Below, in pieces: positions 40,743-49,614 of a stretch of DNA of 64,000 nucleotides. Each line of letters opens with the position of its first letter. The stretch's first letter is position 1. The position numbers were made by a program, and so were the translations under genes. The notes beneath the pieces are model-generated. The model worked only from the letters and a program-made list of their open reading frames with translations. It searched no databases and was not told where the DNA came from. Origin of the DNA: an uncultured delta proteobacterium (GTDB lineage: Bacteria; Desulfobacterota; Binatia; UBA9968); NCBI GenBank assembly GCA_963840855.1, contig CAWJBB010000024.1, positions 1 to 64,000 on the forward strand, given 5' to 3'.

Positions 40743-41834
40743 TTACGTTTCCATCATGCTTGCCGGATAAATCTCTTCCAGCTTCATTTGCCGTGGCGTT
40801 ATTCCTTGCTCATAGGTGTACTGAAGCCAGGTGTCCAGCACCTTCCTGTTGAACCGGATACCGTGGCGCGCAAGCGGCTGCTGCAACGCCTTGTCGGCCT
40901 CGGGCGGGAGCAGCCCTGCCTCCAGGTGGTAGCCCACGTAAGCCATGCGTTGCTTGTCGGCGAGCTCAGCCGCTTGCTGAAAAGCGTTGAACAGGTTCAG
41001 GACCGCCCACGGGTGCTTCTCGACAATTTCCCGTTTGATCACGCCGCCGTGATTGATGGGATACAGCCCGGTCTTCTCGTAGTAACGTACGCACTCGACA
41101 TACACGTTCGGGAAAAGTTGGCGGACGTCGGGAACGTCGACTCCTGGGCGATGCCCGGCGTCTACCGGCGCTTCCAGCGCCGCTTGCAGCTCGCCCGACT
41201 TTAACATGGAGACAACGCTCTTACCCGAAGGAATGTCATTGACCTTCACGTCCGCAGGAGGCGTAAACCGCGGGAAAGCTACGAACCCCGCGGGGTGATG
41301 GTCCTCCTCTTTATCTCTCCAGAAAATCATGTCCCTGGGGTGTACGCCGTAATCGTGCTGGAACATGCCGCGGTTCCATACCCCCGGCACAGACTGATAC
41401 GTCGCAATGCCAACTCGCTTACCCCTGAGATCTTCGGGCTTCTCTATGCCCGCGTCCTTTCGCACCAGGATGTCCATGTGAAAGAAGCGCCGGCTCATAA
41501 ACACCGGAAAACCCATCCAGCGATCGTCACCCTGCGCCATCGACATGATGAGCCGGGTCATGGACATCTCCGAAACGTCAAAGTCGCCGTACATGAGCTG
41601 GCGGGCGAAAAGCTGGCCCGGACCGCCTGAGACCCGGTGTACAATACTGCCGGGACCGTGTTTGTATATCTCCTCCGCAGCTACTCCCATGTTAGGAATA
41701 GTCTCCATTCCGAAATGCGGCTCACGAAAAACGGTCGGGATTAAATCTATGCCCTGCGGCTCGATAGTGCCGTTGAGGATCGGCCACGTCCGGGGATTGG
41801 ACACCACTCCCATGCTTAGCTGAAGCTTCTTCAT
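40743..41834 (-). CDS. 4,5-dihydroxyphthalate decarboxylase-like protein, tandem copy A
   Basis: Near-identical paralog of 39590-40660; GGAGG RBS. Confidence 0.83.
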   Translation of the reverse strand: MKKLQLSMGVVSNPRTWPILNGTIEPQGIDLIPTVFREPHFGMETIPNMGVAAEEIYKHGPGSIVHRVSGGPGQLFARQLMYGDFDVSEMSMTRLIMSMAQGDDRWMGFPVFMSRRFFHMDILVRKDAGIEKPEDLRGKRVGIATYQSVPGVWNRGMFQHDYGVHPRDMIFWRDKEEDHHPAGFVAFPRFTPPADVKVNDIPSGKSVVSMLKSGELQAALEAPVDAGHRPGVDVPDVRQLFPNVYVECVRYYEKTGLYPINHGGVIKREIVEKHPWAVLNLFNAFQQAAELADKQRMAYVGYHLEAGLLPPEADKALQQPLARHGIRFNRKVLDTWLQYTYEQGITPRQMKLEEIYPASMMET

Positions 41835-42034
41835 CTAACACCTCCTTATAGATAGATAGAGACCTGTTGAGTTAGCGGGTTACTGAAAAGAGCTACGGAA
41901 TGCTTCGAGAACCAGCATGAACGGAATTTTCTCAATCATTTTCAAAATTTCGTCCGTTCGTCCAGGCACTGTCGCTGCTCCCTCCAAGCCAGCGCCAATG
42001 TTCGACGGGGTTTTTGGCCATCGGTAGAGACTCC

Positions 42035-42130
42035 GTCATGCCGGCATGGATTGCCGGCATCCAGGCCCGCAGGATGCGTCCGGAGACATCCATGTCAGCC
42101 TGGGTTCCGGCTGTCCATGCCGGAACGACG
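42035..42130. repeat. REP-like palindromic element
   Basis: CGTCATGCCGGCATGGA...CATCCAGG pairs with CCTGGGTTCCGGC...TCCATGCCGGAACGACG. Confidence 0.65.
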
Positions 42131-42219
42131 GGCTCGCACCGTAATCTTATGCAAAGCTAGCAAGTCTAATGGAAACATCTCTCCACTCGGATCAAATTTC
42201 AAAGAAATAGCAGTGCGAA

Positions 42220-43605
42220 TCATGTCCGGACTGAGTCCAAAGAATGGGCTCCCAGCCCGAGCAACTCGGTCAGGTTGGAGACGGACTTTAGCCGTTCGAG
42301 CTCACTGACCAATGAGTCAATCCGGCCCGCTTGGCTCACTCCCACCACAGGCACGGCGCAGTCATAGAACTTGGCCTGGATCTCGTCATACGTCGTGAGT
42401 TCTCTCTTATCCCGGGTTATGTCCTCCTGGTAAACCTCACCACTCACCGTCTTTACCCGAATAAAACCGTCAGCATGGTTAGCCTCATACCCGGGCGGCT
42501 TTTCGACGTAGACGGTTTTCGCAAGAAGAGACTGGACATCGCTTCGCCTCAGGAACGAATCGGTGGAATTTTGGAGATTCACTTCGCCATCTATCAAGGT
42601 CGCTACCAGGCTAAAGTCCGCGCTGAACTTACTTTCCAGGTTCGTCTTGGGATATGGGCATCTCAGAGACTTCGACGGGGTGCATTCGATGGACTCCACA
42701 GCTTCAGCAGTTAATCCATATCGGGACCTTAGTAAGCGCATGGTCTCGATATAACGATGAGCAGGACTGACGCACGGATACCGCTTGAACGACAAGCGCC
42801 CAGCGATACCAAGATGATCGCGCAGCTTCTCCGCCGCTGAAGCGATACAGCCTGGCGCTAAATCGTAGGCTTCGGCAAATCCCCCCGACGCGGTGAAAAT
42901 GGTCTCATCCGCCGTAAATCCCTGGCTCGCTAACGTACTTGCCAAAACACCGTTTCGAGCAGCGTTGCCGGCGTGGAGGGGCTTTGTCATCGAGCCGCGA
43001 TTAGCCCATAGGCCAGCACTTAAAGAGGCGGCGATACCAAAGGCATGACACGTGGCTTGGGGATCGAGACCGAGTATTTTCGCCGAAGCCGCGGTGGCAC
43101 CAATGGAACCATCCACTCCAACAGAGTGCCAGCCGCGGTTTCGCGGCCCCGATGCCTCTCCAGCGCTGGAATGGAAGGTCCCCGAACATTCCATCAGGCG
43201 CGAACAAATCTCTCGACCGACGATATAGGCCATGATTAGCCGTTCTCCGGACGCACCTAGCGCTCCCCCGACAGCCAGTGCAGCGATCAACGTGTGAGTG
43301 GGAATGTGCCCATCGCCATCGTAATCATGAGCGTGGGCCATGACGCCGTTGGCGAGCGCGGCAAGTTCTGCGGAGGTTTGAAACTCGGCGCCAACCACAG
43401 CGGCGGGGCCTGCCGGACAGTTGGCGCGCACATAGTCGGTGATGAGGCGGCCGACCTCATGCCTGGAACCCGCGAACATCACTCCTATGGTATCAAGAAC
43501 GACCAACTTGGCGTTGGCAATCGCCTGCTGCGGGAGGTCTTGATAAGAGATTCCACCATGCACGTATTCGGCGATTGCGAGTGTGGGATTCGGTGCCATC
43601 GACAT
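42220..43605 (-). CDS. MmgE/PrpD family protein
   Basis: VLDTIGV, AALANGVMAHAHDYD, RGWH, MTKPLHAGNAARNG, FKRYPC, ESKFS; AAAGGAG RBS before MSMAP. Confidence 0.92.
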   Translation of the reverse strand: MSMAPNPTLAIAEYVHGGISYQDLPQQAIANAKLVVLDTIGVMFAGSRHEVGRLITDYVRANCPAGPAAVVGAEFQTSAELAALANGVMAHAHDYDGDGHIPTHTLIAALAVGGALGASGERLIMAYIVGREICSRLMECSGTFHSSAGEASGPRNRGWHSVGVDGSIGATAASAKILGLDPQATCHAFGIAASLSAGLWANRGSMTKPLHAGNAARNGVLASTLASQGFTADETIFTASGGFAEAYDLAPGCIASAAEKLRDHLGIAGRLSFKRYPCVSPAHRYIETMRLLRSRYGLTAEAVESIECTPSKSLRCPYPKTNLESKFSADFSLVATLIDGEVNLQNSTDSFLRRSDVQSLLAKTVYVEKPPGYEANHADGFIRVKTVSGEVYQEDITRDKRELTTYDEIQAKFYDCAVPVVGVSQAGRIDSLVSELERLKSVSNLTELLGLGAHSLDSVRT

Positions 43606-43725
43606 ATCGATGCTCCTTTCAGCGCGCTTCTTCACTATCCTCAGTCGCGGATCGCTAACCCGCATTAATCACGCAGCGAGGAAAAGTCGCGACAGACTGT
43701 AAGCCCAAAGAGTAAGTCTCGATTT

Positions 43726-44874
43726 CTATTTCTTGCCCGTGCTCAATTCTTCCCCCGAAAGCAATGCCAAAAACATCTTTTTTTCTTCTGGACCAAGCTC
43801 CAGTACTGCCTTGTGCATGGCAAGCACTTTCTCTCGCGGGGTATATCCTAGATCTGTGGCTGAGAGCCCAGCCGCCAATAACCTTTTCTTCCATTCAGAG
43901 TCCTTTGGCACCTCAGCCATGGTTCTTTCCCAAAATTGTCTGATATGCACCGGTGTGCCTGGAGGCACGGCATAGCTGCCACGATGTATCGCGACGGCTT
44001 CGGTAGCTACCGTAAATGCTACCCGCATATTTTTCTCGACCTTGAAGGCGTCAAACAGGTTAGGAGGGTTCTCGGTTACGCCCCCAGCCTTGAGGAGGTC
44101 CGCCCATTCTTCAAAATCGCGCGGAGCAAGCTCCCCCCACCACAGTACAGGAACGATCTCCCGGCGCTTGATAAGCTCGGGAAAGTGCCTTGCGATGGTC
44201 CATCCGGCATGCAATTTAGTTTCATGCCGCGCGAAGGCAGCCGCTCTGTCTCTGCTGCCCGGCGCATAGCCCCAAATAATCTTGATAGGAGCACCCAACA
44301 TCGTTGCGAGATGTGGTCCTGACTCGGAGGCTTCGCCGCCGAACCTTTCACCCGCTGCCAGTGTCAGGCAGCAAGGCATAGCCATTATTTGATCCCAAGA
44401 AGTGGCGATATCCCGCCAAACCCACAAAAGGTGGCCGGTTTGTCTGGACCTCAACGCAGCCACAAATTGCTTCTCAGGGTCATAATACGGGTGCGGCTTG
44501 CCGAGGATAGCGTCTAGAAAAAACCGACCATGAACCGGCATAATAAACGTGCCATCCCGTGGGGTCTGGCGGTCTCCCAATCGTCGAAGAGCTCTATCAC
44601 CATCACCTCCCGGGATGTTTTGCACCACGACTCGGGGATTTCCGGGTAGGATTTTTTGCAGGGTCAATGCTGTGGATCTTGCCCCAGTGTCCCACCCGCC
44701 CCCTGCCGAACTGCCGACGATGATCGTTATCGTTTTTCCCTTAAAGTCGACAGCCTTTGACGTATCCTTTACGGGTGCAGGCGTTTGCGCTCCAGTATCC
44801 GTGGCAAAGCCCAGACCGCTCAGCGCCATGATCACAGCACACCCTAGCGCTACTGTTGCCCTTGCGATTCGCAT
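43726..44874 (-). CDS. Divergent TctC/Bug-family tripartite tricarboxylate transporter substrate-binding protein
   Basis: Signal peptide; FKGKTITIIVGSSAGGGWD, VVQNIPGG, AVPPGTP; AGGAGG RBS. Confidence 0.8.
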   Translation of the reverse strand: MRIARATVALGCAVIMALSGLGFATDTGAQTPAPVKDTSKAVDFKGKTITIIVGSSAGGGWDTGARSTALTLQKILPGNPRVVVQNIPGGDGDRALRRLGDRQTPRDGTFIMPVHGRFFLDAILGKPHPYYDPEKQFVAALRSRQTGHLLWVWRDIATSWDQIMAMPCCLTLAAGERFGGEASESGPHLATMLGAPIKIIWGYAPGSRDRAAAFARHETKLHAGWTIARHFPELIKRREIVPVLWWGELAPRDFEEWADLLKAGGVTENPPNLFDAFKVEKNMRVAFTVATEAVAIHRGSYAVPPGTPVHIRQFWERTMAEVPKDSEWKKRLLAAGLSATDLGYTPREKVLAMHKAVLELGPEEKKMFLALLSGEELSTGKK

Positions 44875-44924
44875 ATATCCTTAACCTCCTAACGTATGAC
44901 GTCTTATCCCTGATGGGGATGTTG

Positions 44925-44983
44925 ACCCGTGGGCGTTCCGGACCGCAATGTGGGAGTGATTGGTTTTCTTTTTCGGTGAACAT
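44925..44983 (-). pseudogene. 5' remnant of a Rieske aromatic oxygenase (phthalate 4,5-dioxygenase-like N-terminus)
   Basis: Reads MFTEKENQSLPHCG; restoring one G in GGTCCGGAACGCCCACGGGT gives GPGTPTG, matching the 'ML..EEN..L..VGPGTP.G' family start. Very short. Confidence 0.5.
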
Positions 44984-44999
44984 GACTTTCGCTTCTTGA

Positions 45000-46220
45000 G
45001 AGTTGGATACAAAACTTACCAGTATTGAGGATAGGTGAGGATTTGTGGAGGTAAGATTGAGGATTGGGATATGGGGGGAGACGGAGTGTAGGATTTGTAG
45101 AGCAGGAAGTGACGAATGGTTGGGACGGAAAAAGAGAGAGCGCAGAGTCATAGTAGAGCAGCTAGGGTATCGCAACGGTTACGGCAAGCCGAGGCGATTT
45201 GCGATGAGCCTGGGGACGATGGAGATCCGCCGGCCGCGGGTAAGAGATTTGGAGGAGCGATTTAAGTAGATGTTGCAGCTGTTTAAGCGGCAAAGCAAAG
45301 AGGTGTGGGAGTTGATACAGGAGCTTTATTTGCACGGGCTGGCGAGAGGAGATTTTGAGTTAGCGCTAAGGGAAATATTGGGAGAAGAGGAGATGCTATA
45401 GGCCTCTAGTTACAGCGGCTAAGGAGAAGAGAAAAGGAGAATAAGAGCAGTGGAAAGGAAAGGGGATTGAAGAGAAGAAATGGGCGTATTTTTGGGTGGA
45501 TGGGATTTATGTAAAAGAGAGGATGGGAAAGGAGAAGGCAGCGCTGTTGGTAGTGATAGGAGTTAAGGAGGACGGAAAGAAGCGATTTGGCGCTGGAGCC
45601 GGGATATAGAGAGAGCAAGGAGTCATGAGCTTTGATATTGAGACAGTTAAAAACGCGAGAGGTAAAAAGCGCCAGGCTATTTGTCGGAGATGGCAATTGG
45701 GATTGTGAGCAGCGATTGGTGAGATTTATCCACAATCCCAAGAGCAGCTATGCTGGAATCACAAGATGCTCAACGTGATCGATGCGATGAGCAAAAAAGA
45801 CAAAGTCGAAGTAATAAAGCAATTACCGCCATGATGTACGCCAATAGCTAAAAAGAGACGTTAAAAGAACGAAAGAAATTAGAGCAAGCCTTTCGACACA
45901 ACCCCAAGACGATCAAGACGATAATGAAAAACTAAGAGCGACTGACAACATACTATGATTTTCCCAGAGAGCACTAAAAACACTTAAGAACTTCCAGAAG
46001 TGAAATAACCTTTAAACAAATCAAACTAAGAAAAAAGACCTCAAAAAGATATAAATAGCAAATCAATGCCACCAACTAGATCTAAAAAAAGATGATAATA
46101 AAAAAGATGAGCTTTAAAAAACTAAATGCACCATATAAAATAAAAAAAAAAGCAAATGAAAAGAAAAAAGAAAAAGAAAAGGAAAAAAGAGAAAAAGAAA
46201 AAAAAAAAAAAAAAAAAGAG
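45000..46220 (+). mobile_element. Degenerate IS256-family transposase, A-biased
   Basis: GYRNGYGKPR, RPRVRDLEERF, ELYLHGLA.GDFELAL, WVDGIYVK, VGDG, QLCWNHK, YYDFPREH*KHLRT; many stops; ends in an A-tract. Confidence 0.9.
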
Positions 46221-46450
46221 AGGTGAAACTATTCGAAATGCTTATATGGTGTCAATGTTAGAGCGGTGAGCAAAAGTACTCTGACCCCGTCTTACTACGG
46301 TTTTCTCAAAGCTTGAACGTGAAACGCTGATGAAAGGAAAAAAGAAAGCGGTCGCGGGAGCTCGTTTTTCCCCTGAGCTATCATAGCGGCCGAGCAGGCG
46401 ACTTCGCTGACGGCATTGCCTAAGCCAAAGCGCAACCTGCGCGCCAGACA

Positions 46451-46489
46451 CCCGCGCCGCCGGGTCCAGTCACGGATCGGCGGCGCGGG
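46451..46489 (-). terminator. GC-rich 12-bp stem downstream of the dienelactone hydrolase gene
   Basis: CCCGCGCCGCCG...CGGCGGCGCGGG perfect inverted repeat; weak U-tract. Confidence 0.4.
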
Positions 46490-46517
46490 AGGCGAACTCT
46501 TTCAGCTCAACTGGATT

Positions 46518-47436
46518 TTACGATTTCAACGTTTTGTTGAAATGGTCGATGGTGCGTTGCCAGGCGAGTTTGGCCGCGGCTTCGTCAAATCGCGGCGTCG
46601 TGTCGTTATGAAAACCGTGGTTCGTTTTCGGATACACGTACGCTACATATTTGACATTGTTGGCTTTCAGTGCGGCTTCGTATTCCGGCCAGCGCTTGTT
46701 GATGTTGGGATCCTCCTCGGCGAACTGCAGCAGCAGCGCGGCCTTAATCTTCGGCACGTCCTCAACAGCAGGCGCCGCGCCGTAGAAGGGAACGGCGGCG
46801 GCGAGCTGCGGCAGCCGGACCGCCAGCGTGTTAACCATGCCGCCGCCGAAACAAAAGCCGACCGCGCCAAGTTTGCCGGTGGATTGCGGATGCTTCTGCA
46901 GAAACTCTGCAGCGGCGACAAAGTCCTCGGTGATCTTTTCGCGGTCGAGCTTTGTCTGCATCGCGCGCGCTTTGTCATCGGCGTCCGCGCCGTACTTGTC
47001 CACGCTCGGATAACCGCCAAGAGGCCAAATCGCATCGGGACCCAGCGTCATGAATCCGGCCGCCGCGAGACGTCGCACGACGTCCTCAATATAAGGATTC
47101 AGGCCGCGGTTTTCGTGAACCACCACGACGACGGGAAATTTATCGCCGGTCGCGGGACGGGCGAGCAAGCCCCGCATAGTCCCATTGGACGCGTTGCCAT
47201 TGGGCGAGGGGTACATCGTATACTCGGCCTGGATGCGCTTGTCGTCCTTGGCTACCTGCTGCGCCAGGGTATAGTTGGGCCGGAGCATGTCCCACAAGCG
47301 CCGCTACGGTCAGGCCGCCGACGGCAAATTTGGCAGCGCCGTCCAAAAACTCGCGGCGGTTGATGCCGCCATGCACGTATCTGTGAAAAAGACTGAGCAG
47401 TTGCGGATCGAAATCACTCGCTTTTTTTCTTTCCAT
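46518..47436 (-). CDS. Dienelactone hydrolase family protein (YghX-like), frameshift near 47295
   Basis: [10 protein letters not shown]...[44 protein letters not shown]. Confidence 0.9.
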
Positions 47437-47576
47437 ACGATGGGCTCCTTTCAGGGTATTGATTTCGGTTGGAGGCTACCTCAAACAGCGCGACAGATCA
47501 ATTCCATATGCGGGCTCACCGGCTCCGGTTAATCTGTCGCTAAAGTTCTCTCCATTCCCAAAATTTCGGAGACCGG

Positions 47577-47867
47577 CTAGCGAGTTCGGTTATATTCGTA
47601 GTCTTCGCGCTCGCCTCTGCCGATGCGCAGCTCGGCGTTGAGCGAGGGACGGGTGCTGTTCACTTTTGCGTGCACGTCCAGAGCCGCCTTGTCGCTCCAG
47701 CGTTCGAGGATCGCGAGCTTGTCGGGGTTCACCACGCTCTGGAATACCTCGAACTGTTCGCAGCCCGGCTCTGACATTACTTCCGCGCAGCGGATCTTGT
47801 AGCCCTGAGCCAGCTCAGAACCTTTCCCGGGTGCCGCATTGATCGTTACAACGAGTCGAATTGCCAT
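47577..47867 (-). CDS. Antibiotic biosynthesis monooxygenase (ABM) family protein
   Basis: AAPGKG, EPGCEQFEV, ILERWSDKAALDVH; GGAGG RBS. Confidence 0.85.
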   Translation of the reverse strand: MAIRLVVTINAAPGKGSELAQGYKIRCAEVMSEPGCEQFEVFQSVVNPDKLAILERWSDKAALDVHAKVNSTRPSLNAELRIGRGEREDYEYNRTR

Positions 47868-48141
47868 ACTGTTTCCTCCGTGGGCCGTTAAACCGGCGTA
47901 GTTGTGCGTCGAACAGAGTGAAATATCGTTCAGATGGATGGATCGTGTCAAGGCAAAGCCGCAACCAAACAGCCGGATTCAATAGCTCAAGCGTTCAAAG
48001 CGCGCAAAGCCGTCAGAGCAAATGGATTGAAAACTGAACGTATTGACGTTTGAACATCCTGAGCGCGAAGACATACTCGCGGAATGCATTTGCAAATAAA
48101 GGGCAAAAGCCACCGGAAAAATTTGCGCAAGCTGCGATAGT

Positions 48142-48804
48142 TCAGCTGTTGCTCAGGCTGCGCAATACCGGCTCCAATACCTTCCACACATTCGCGGCGA
48201 CGATTTCCTGGCCTTTGGCCGTGGGGTGAATGCCGTCGGGAAGATTCAACTCGCGCATGCCGCCGACGCCTTCTAGGACGAAGGGGATGAGCGCGGCCTT
48301 GTTTCGTTTGGCCAGGTCGCGAAAGGTGGCCTCGAATTTCGCGCCGTATTCGCGACCCATGTTGGGCGGTACCTTCATGCCGGCGAGGATTACTTTGGCA
48401 TGGGGGTATTTTTTTTTGGTCCGGTCAATAATGGCTTGAAGATTTTTGCCCATGGTTTCGACGGGCAAGCCACGCAGGCCATCGTTGCCGCCGAGTTCGA
48501 GCACCAATACATCAACGCGATTTTTTAGCAGCCAGTCCAGCCTTCCCAGTCCGCCGGCGCTGGTGTCGCCGCTCTGGCCAGCGTTAACGACTCTGAAGTT
48601 CCCGCCTTGGGCATCGATTTTTTTCTGCAGGAGAGCGGGGTACGATTGGTCGGGGTCGAGTCCGTAGCCCGCCGTAATACTATCCCCCAGGCATAAGATC
48701 ACGCCGGGCGCCGGCTGGGCCGCACCCGTAAGAAAGATTGCGCCGAGCAAAACGCCAGTTAATGACTTTTCCAGCCGGGTGAGTTGTCTAGTGATCATAA
48801 ACAT
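48142..48804 (-). CDS. tesA: Arylesterase / thioesterase I (SGNH-GDSL)
   Basis: LGDSITAGYG, NAGQSGDT, ELGGNDGLRG, DGIHP; divergent from ybbAP, the usual arrangement. Confidence 0.92.
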   Translation of the reverse strand: MFMITRQLTRLEKSLTGVLLGAIFLTGAAQPAPGVILCLGDSITAGYGLDPDQSYPALLQKKIDAQGGNFRVVNAGQSGDTSAGGLGRLDWLLKNRVDVLVLELGGNDGLRGLPVETMGKNLQAIIDRTKKKYPHAKVILAGMKVPPNMGREYGAKFEATFRDLAKRNKAALIPFVLEGVGGMRELNLPDGIHPTAKGQEIVAANVWKVLEPVLRSLSNS

Positions 48805-48885
48805 TCTACTCTTGAAGCATTCAATGATTCCTCAGTCTTGCCGATTTCCATCCCACTCGAGCGCTTGCCGCGTTCGCCATCGGCC

Positions 48886-49614
48886 ATGAACAAGAACATG
48901 ATCCTCAGCGTAGAGCATTTGACCAAGCTTTTTAAGAGCGGCGCGCAAACGCTTACAGTTCTCGACGATATTTCGTTCGCCGTTGAGGCCGGGAGCGCCT
49001 GCGCCATCGTCGGGCCCTCGGGGAGCGGCAAGACGACTCTGATCGCCATCTGCGCCGGTCTGGAGCGGCCCAACCAGGGAGCGGTGCACTTTGATGGCGT
49101 CGCCTTGGATCGCGCCAGCGAAGAGGAGCTCGCGCGCATCCGCAATCAGTCCGTCGGCTTTGTCTTTCAGAGCTTTCAGCTTTTGCCTTCGCTCACTGCG
49201 CTGGAAAACGTCATGGTCCCCGCGGAAATACGCGGCGAGAACCATGCGCGCAGCCGCGCCGCGGATTTACTCAAAAGGGTCGGCCTCGAAGGGCGTCTTG
49301 ACCATTATCCCATCCAACTTTCCGGCGGCGAGCAGCAGCGCGTCGCCGTTGCGCGCGCCTTCATGAACCGGCCGAAAATACTTTTCGCCGACGAGCCCAC
49401 GGGCAATCTCGACGCCGAAACCGCGCGCGCCATCGTGGCTTTGATCTACGAGCTCAACGCGACTATGGGAACGACGTTGATGCTCGTGACTCATGACCAC
49501 GACTTGACCCAACAGGCCGGGCGCGTCATTGCGCTCAAAGGCGGCCGAGTCGTCAGCGATGGCTCCCCCTCTGAGGACGCGCTGGACAGCAAGATCGAAG
49601 GCCGCGATGTTTAA
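48886..49614 (+). CDS. ybbA: ABC transporter ATP-binding protein YbbA
   Basis: [37 protein letters not shown]. Confidence 0.9.
   Translation: MNKNMILSVEHLTKLFKSGAQTLTVLDDISFAVEAGSACAIVGPSGSGKTTLIAICAGLERPNQGAVHFDGVALDRASEEELARIRNQSVGFVFQSFQLLPSLTALENVMVPAEIRGENHARSRAADLLKRVGLEGRLDHYPIQLSGGEQQRVAVARAFMNRPKILFADEPTGNLDAETARAIVALIYELNATMGTTLMLVTHDHDLTQQAGRVIALKGGRVVSDGSPSEDALDSKIEGRDV

Noticed and set aside
46140-46220. Poly-A tract as a retrotransposition tail
   Set aside because: It is continuous with the A-ward degeneration of IS256, has no target-site duplication, and no reverse transcriptase is present.
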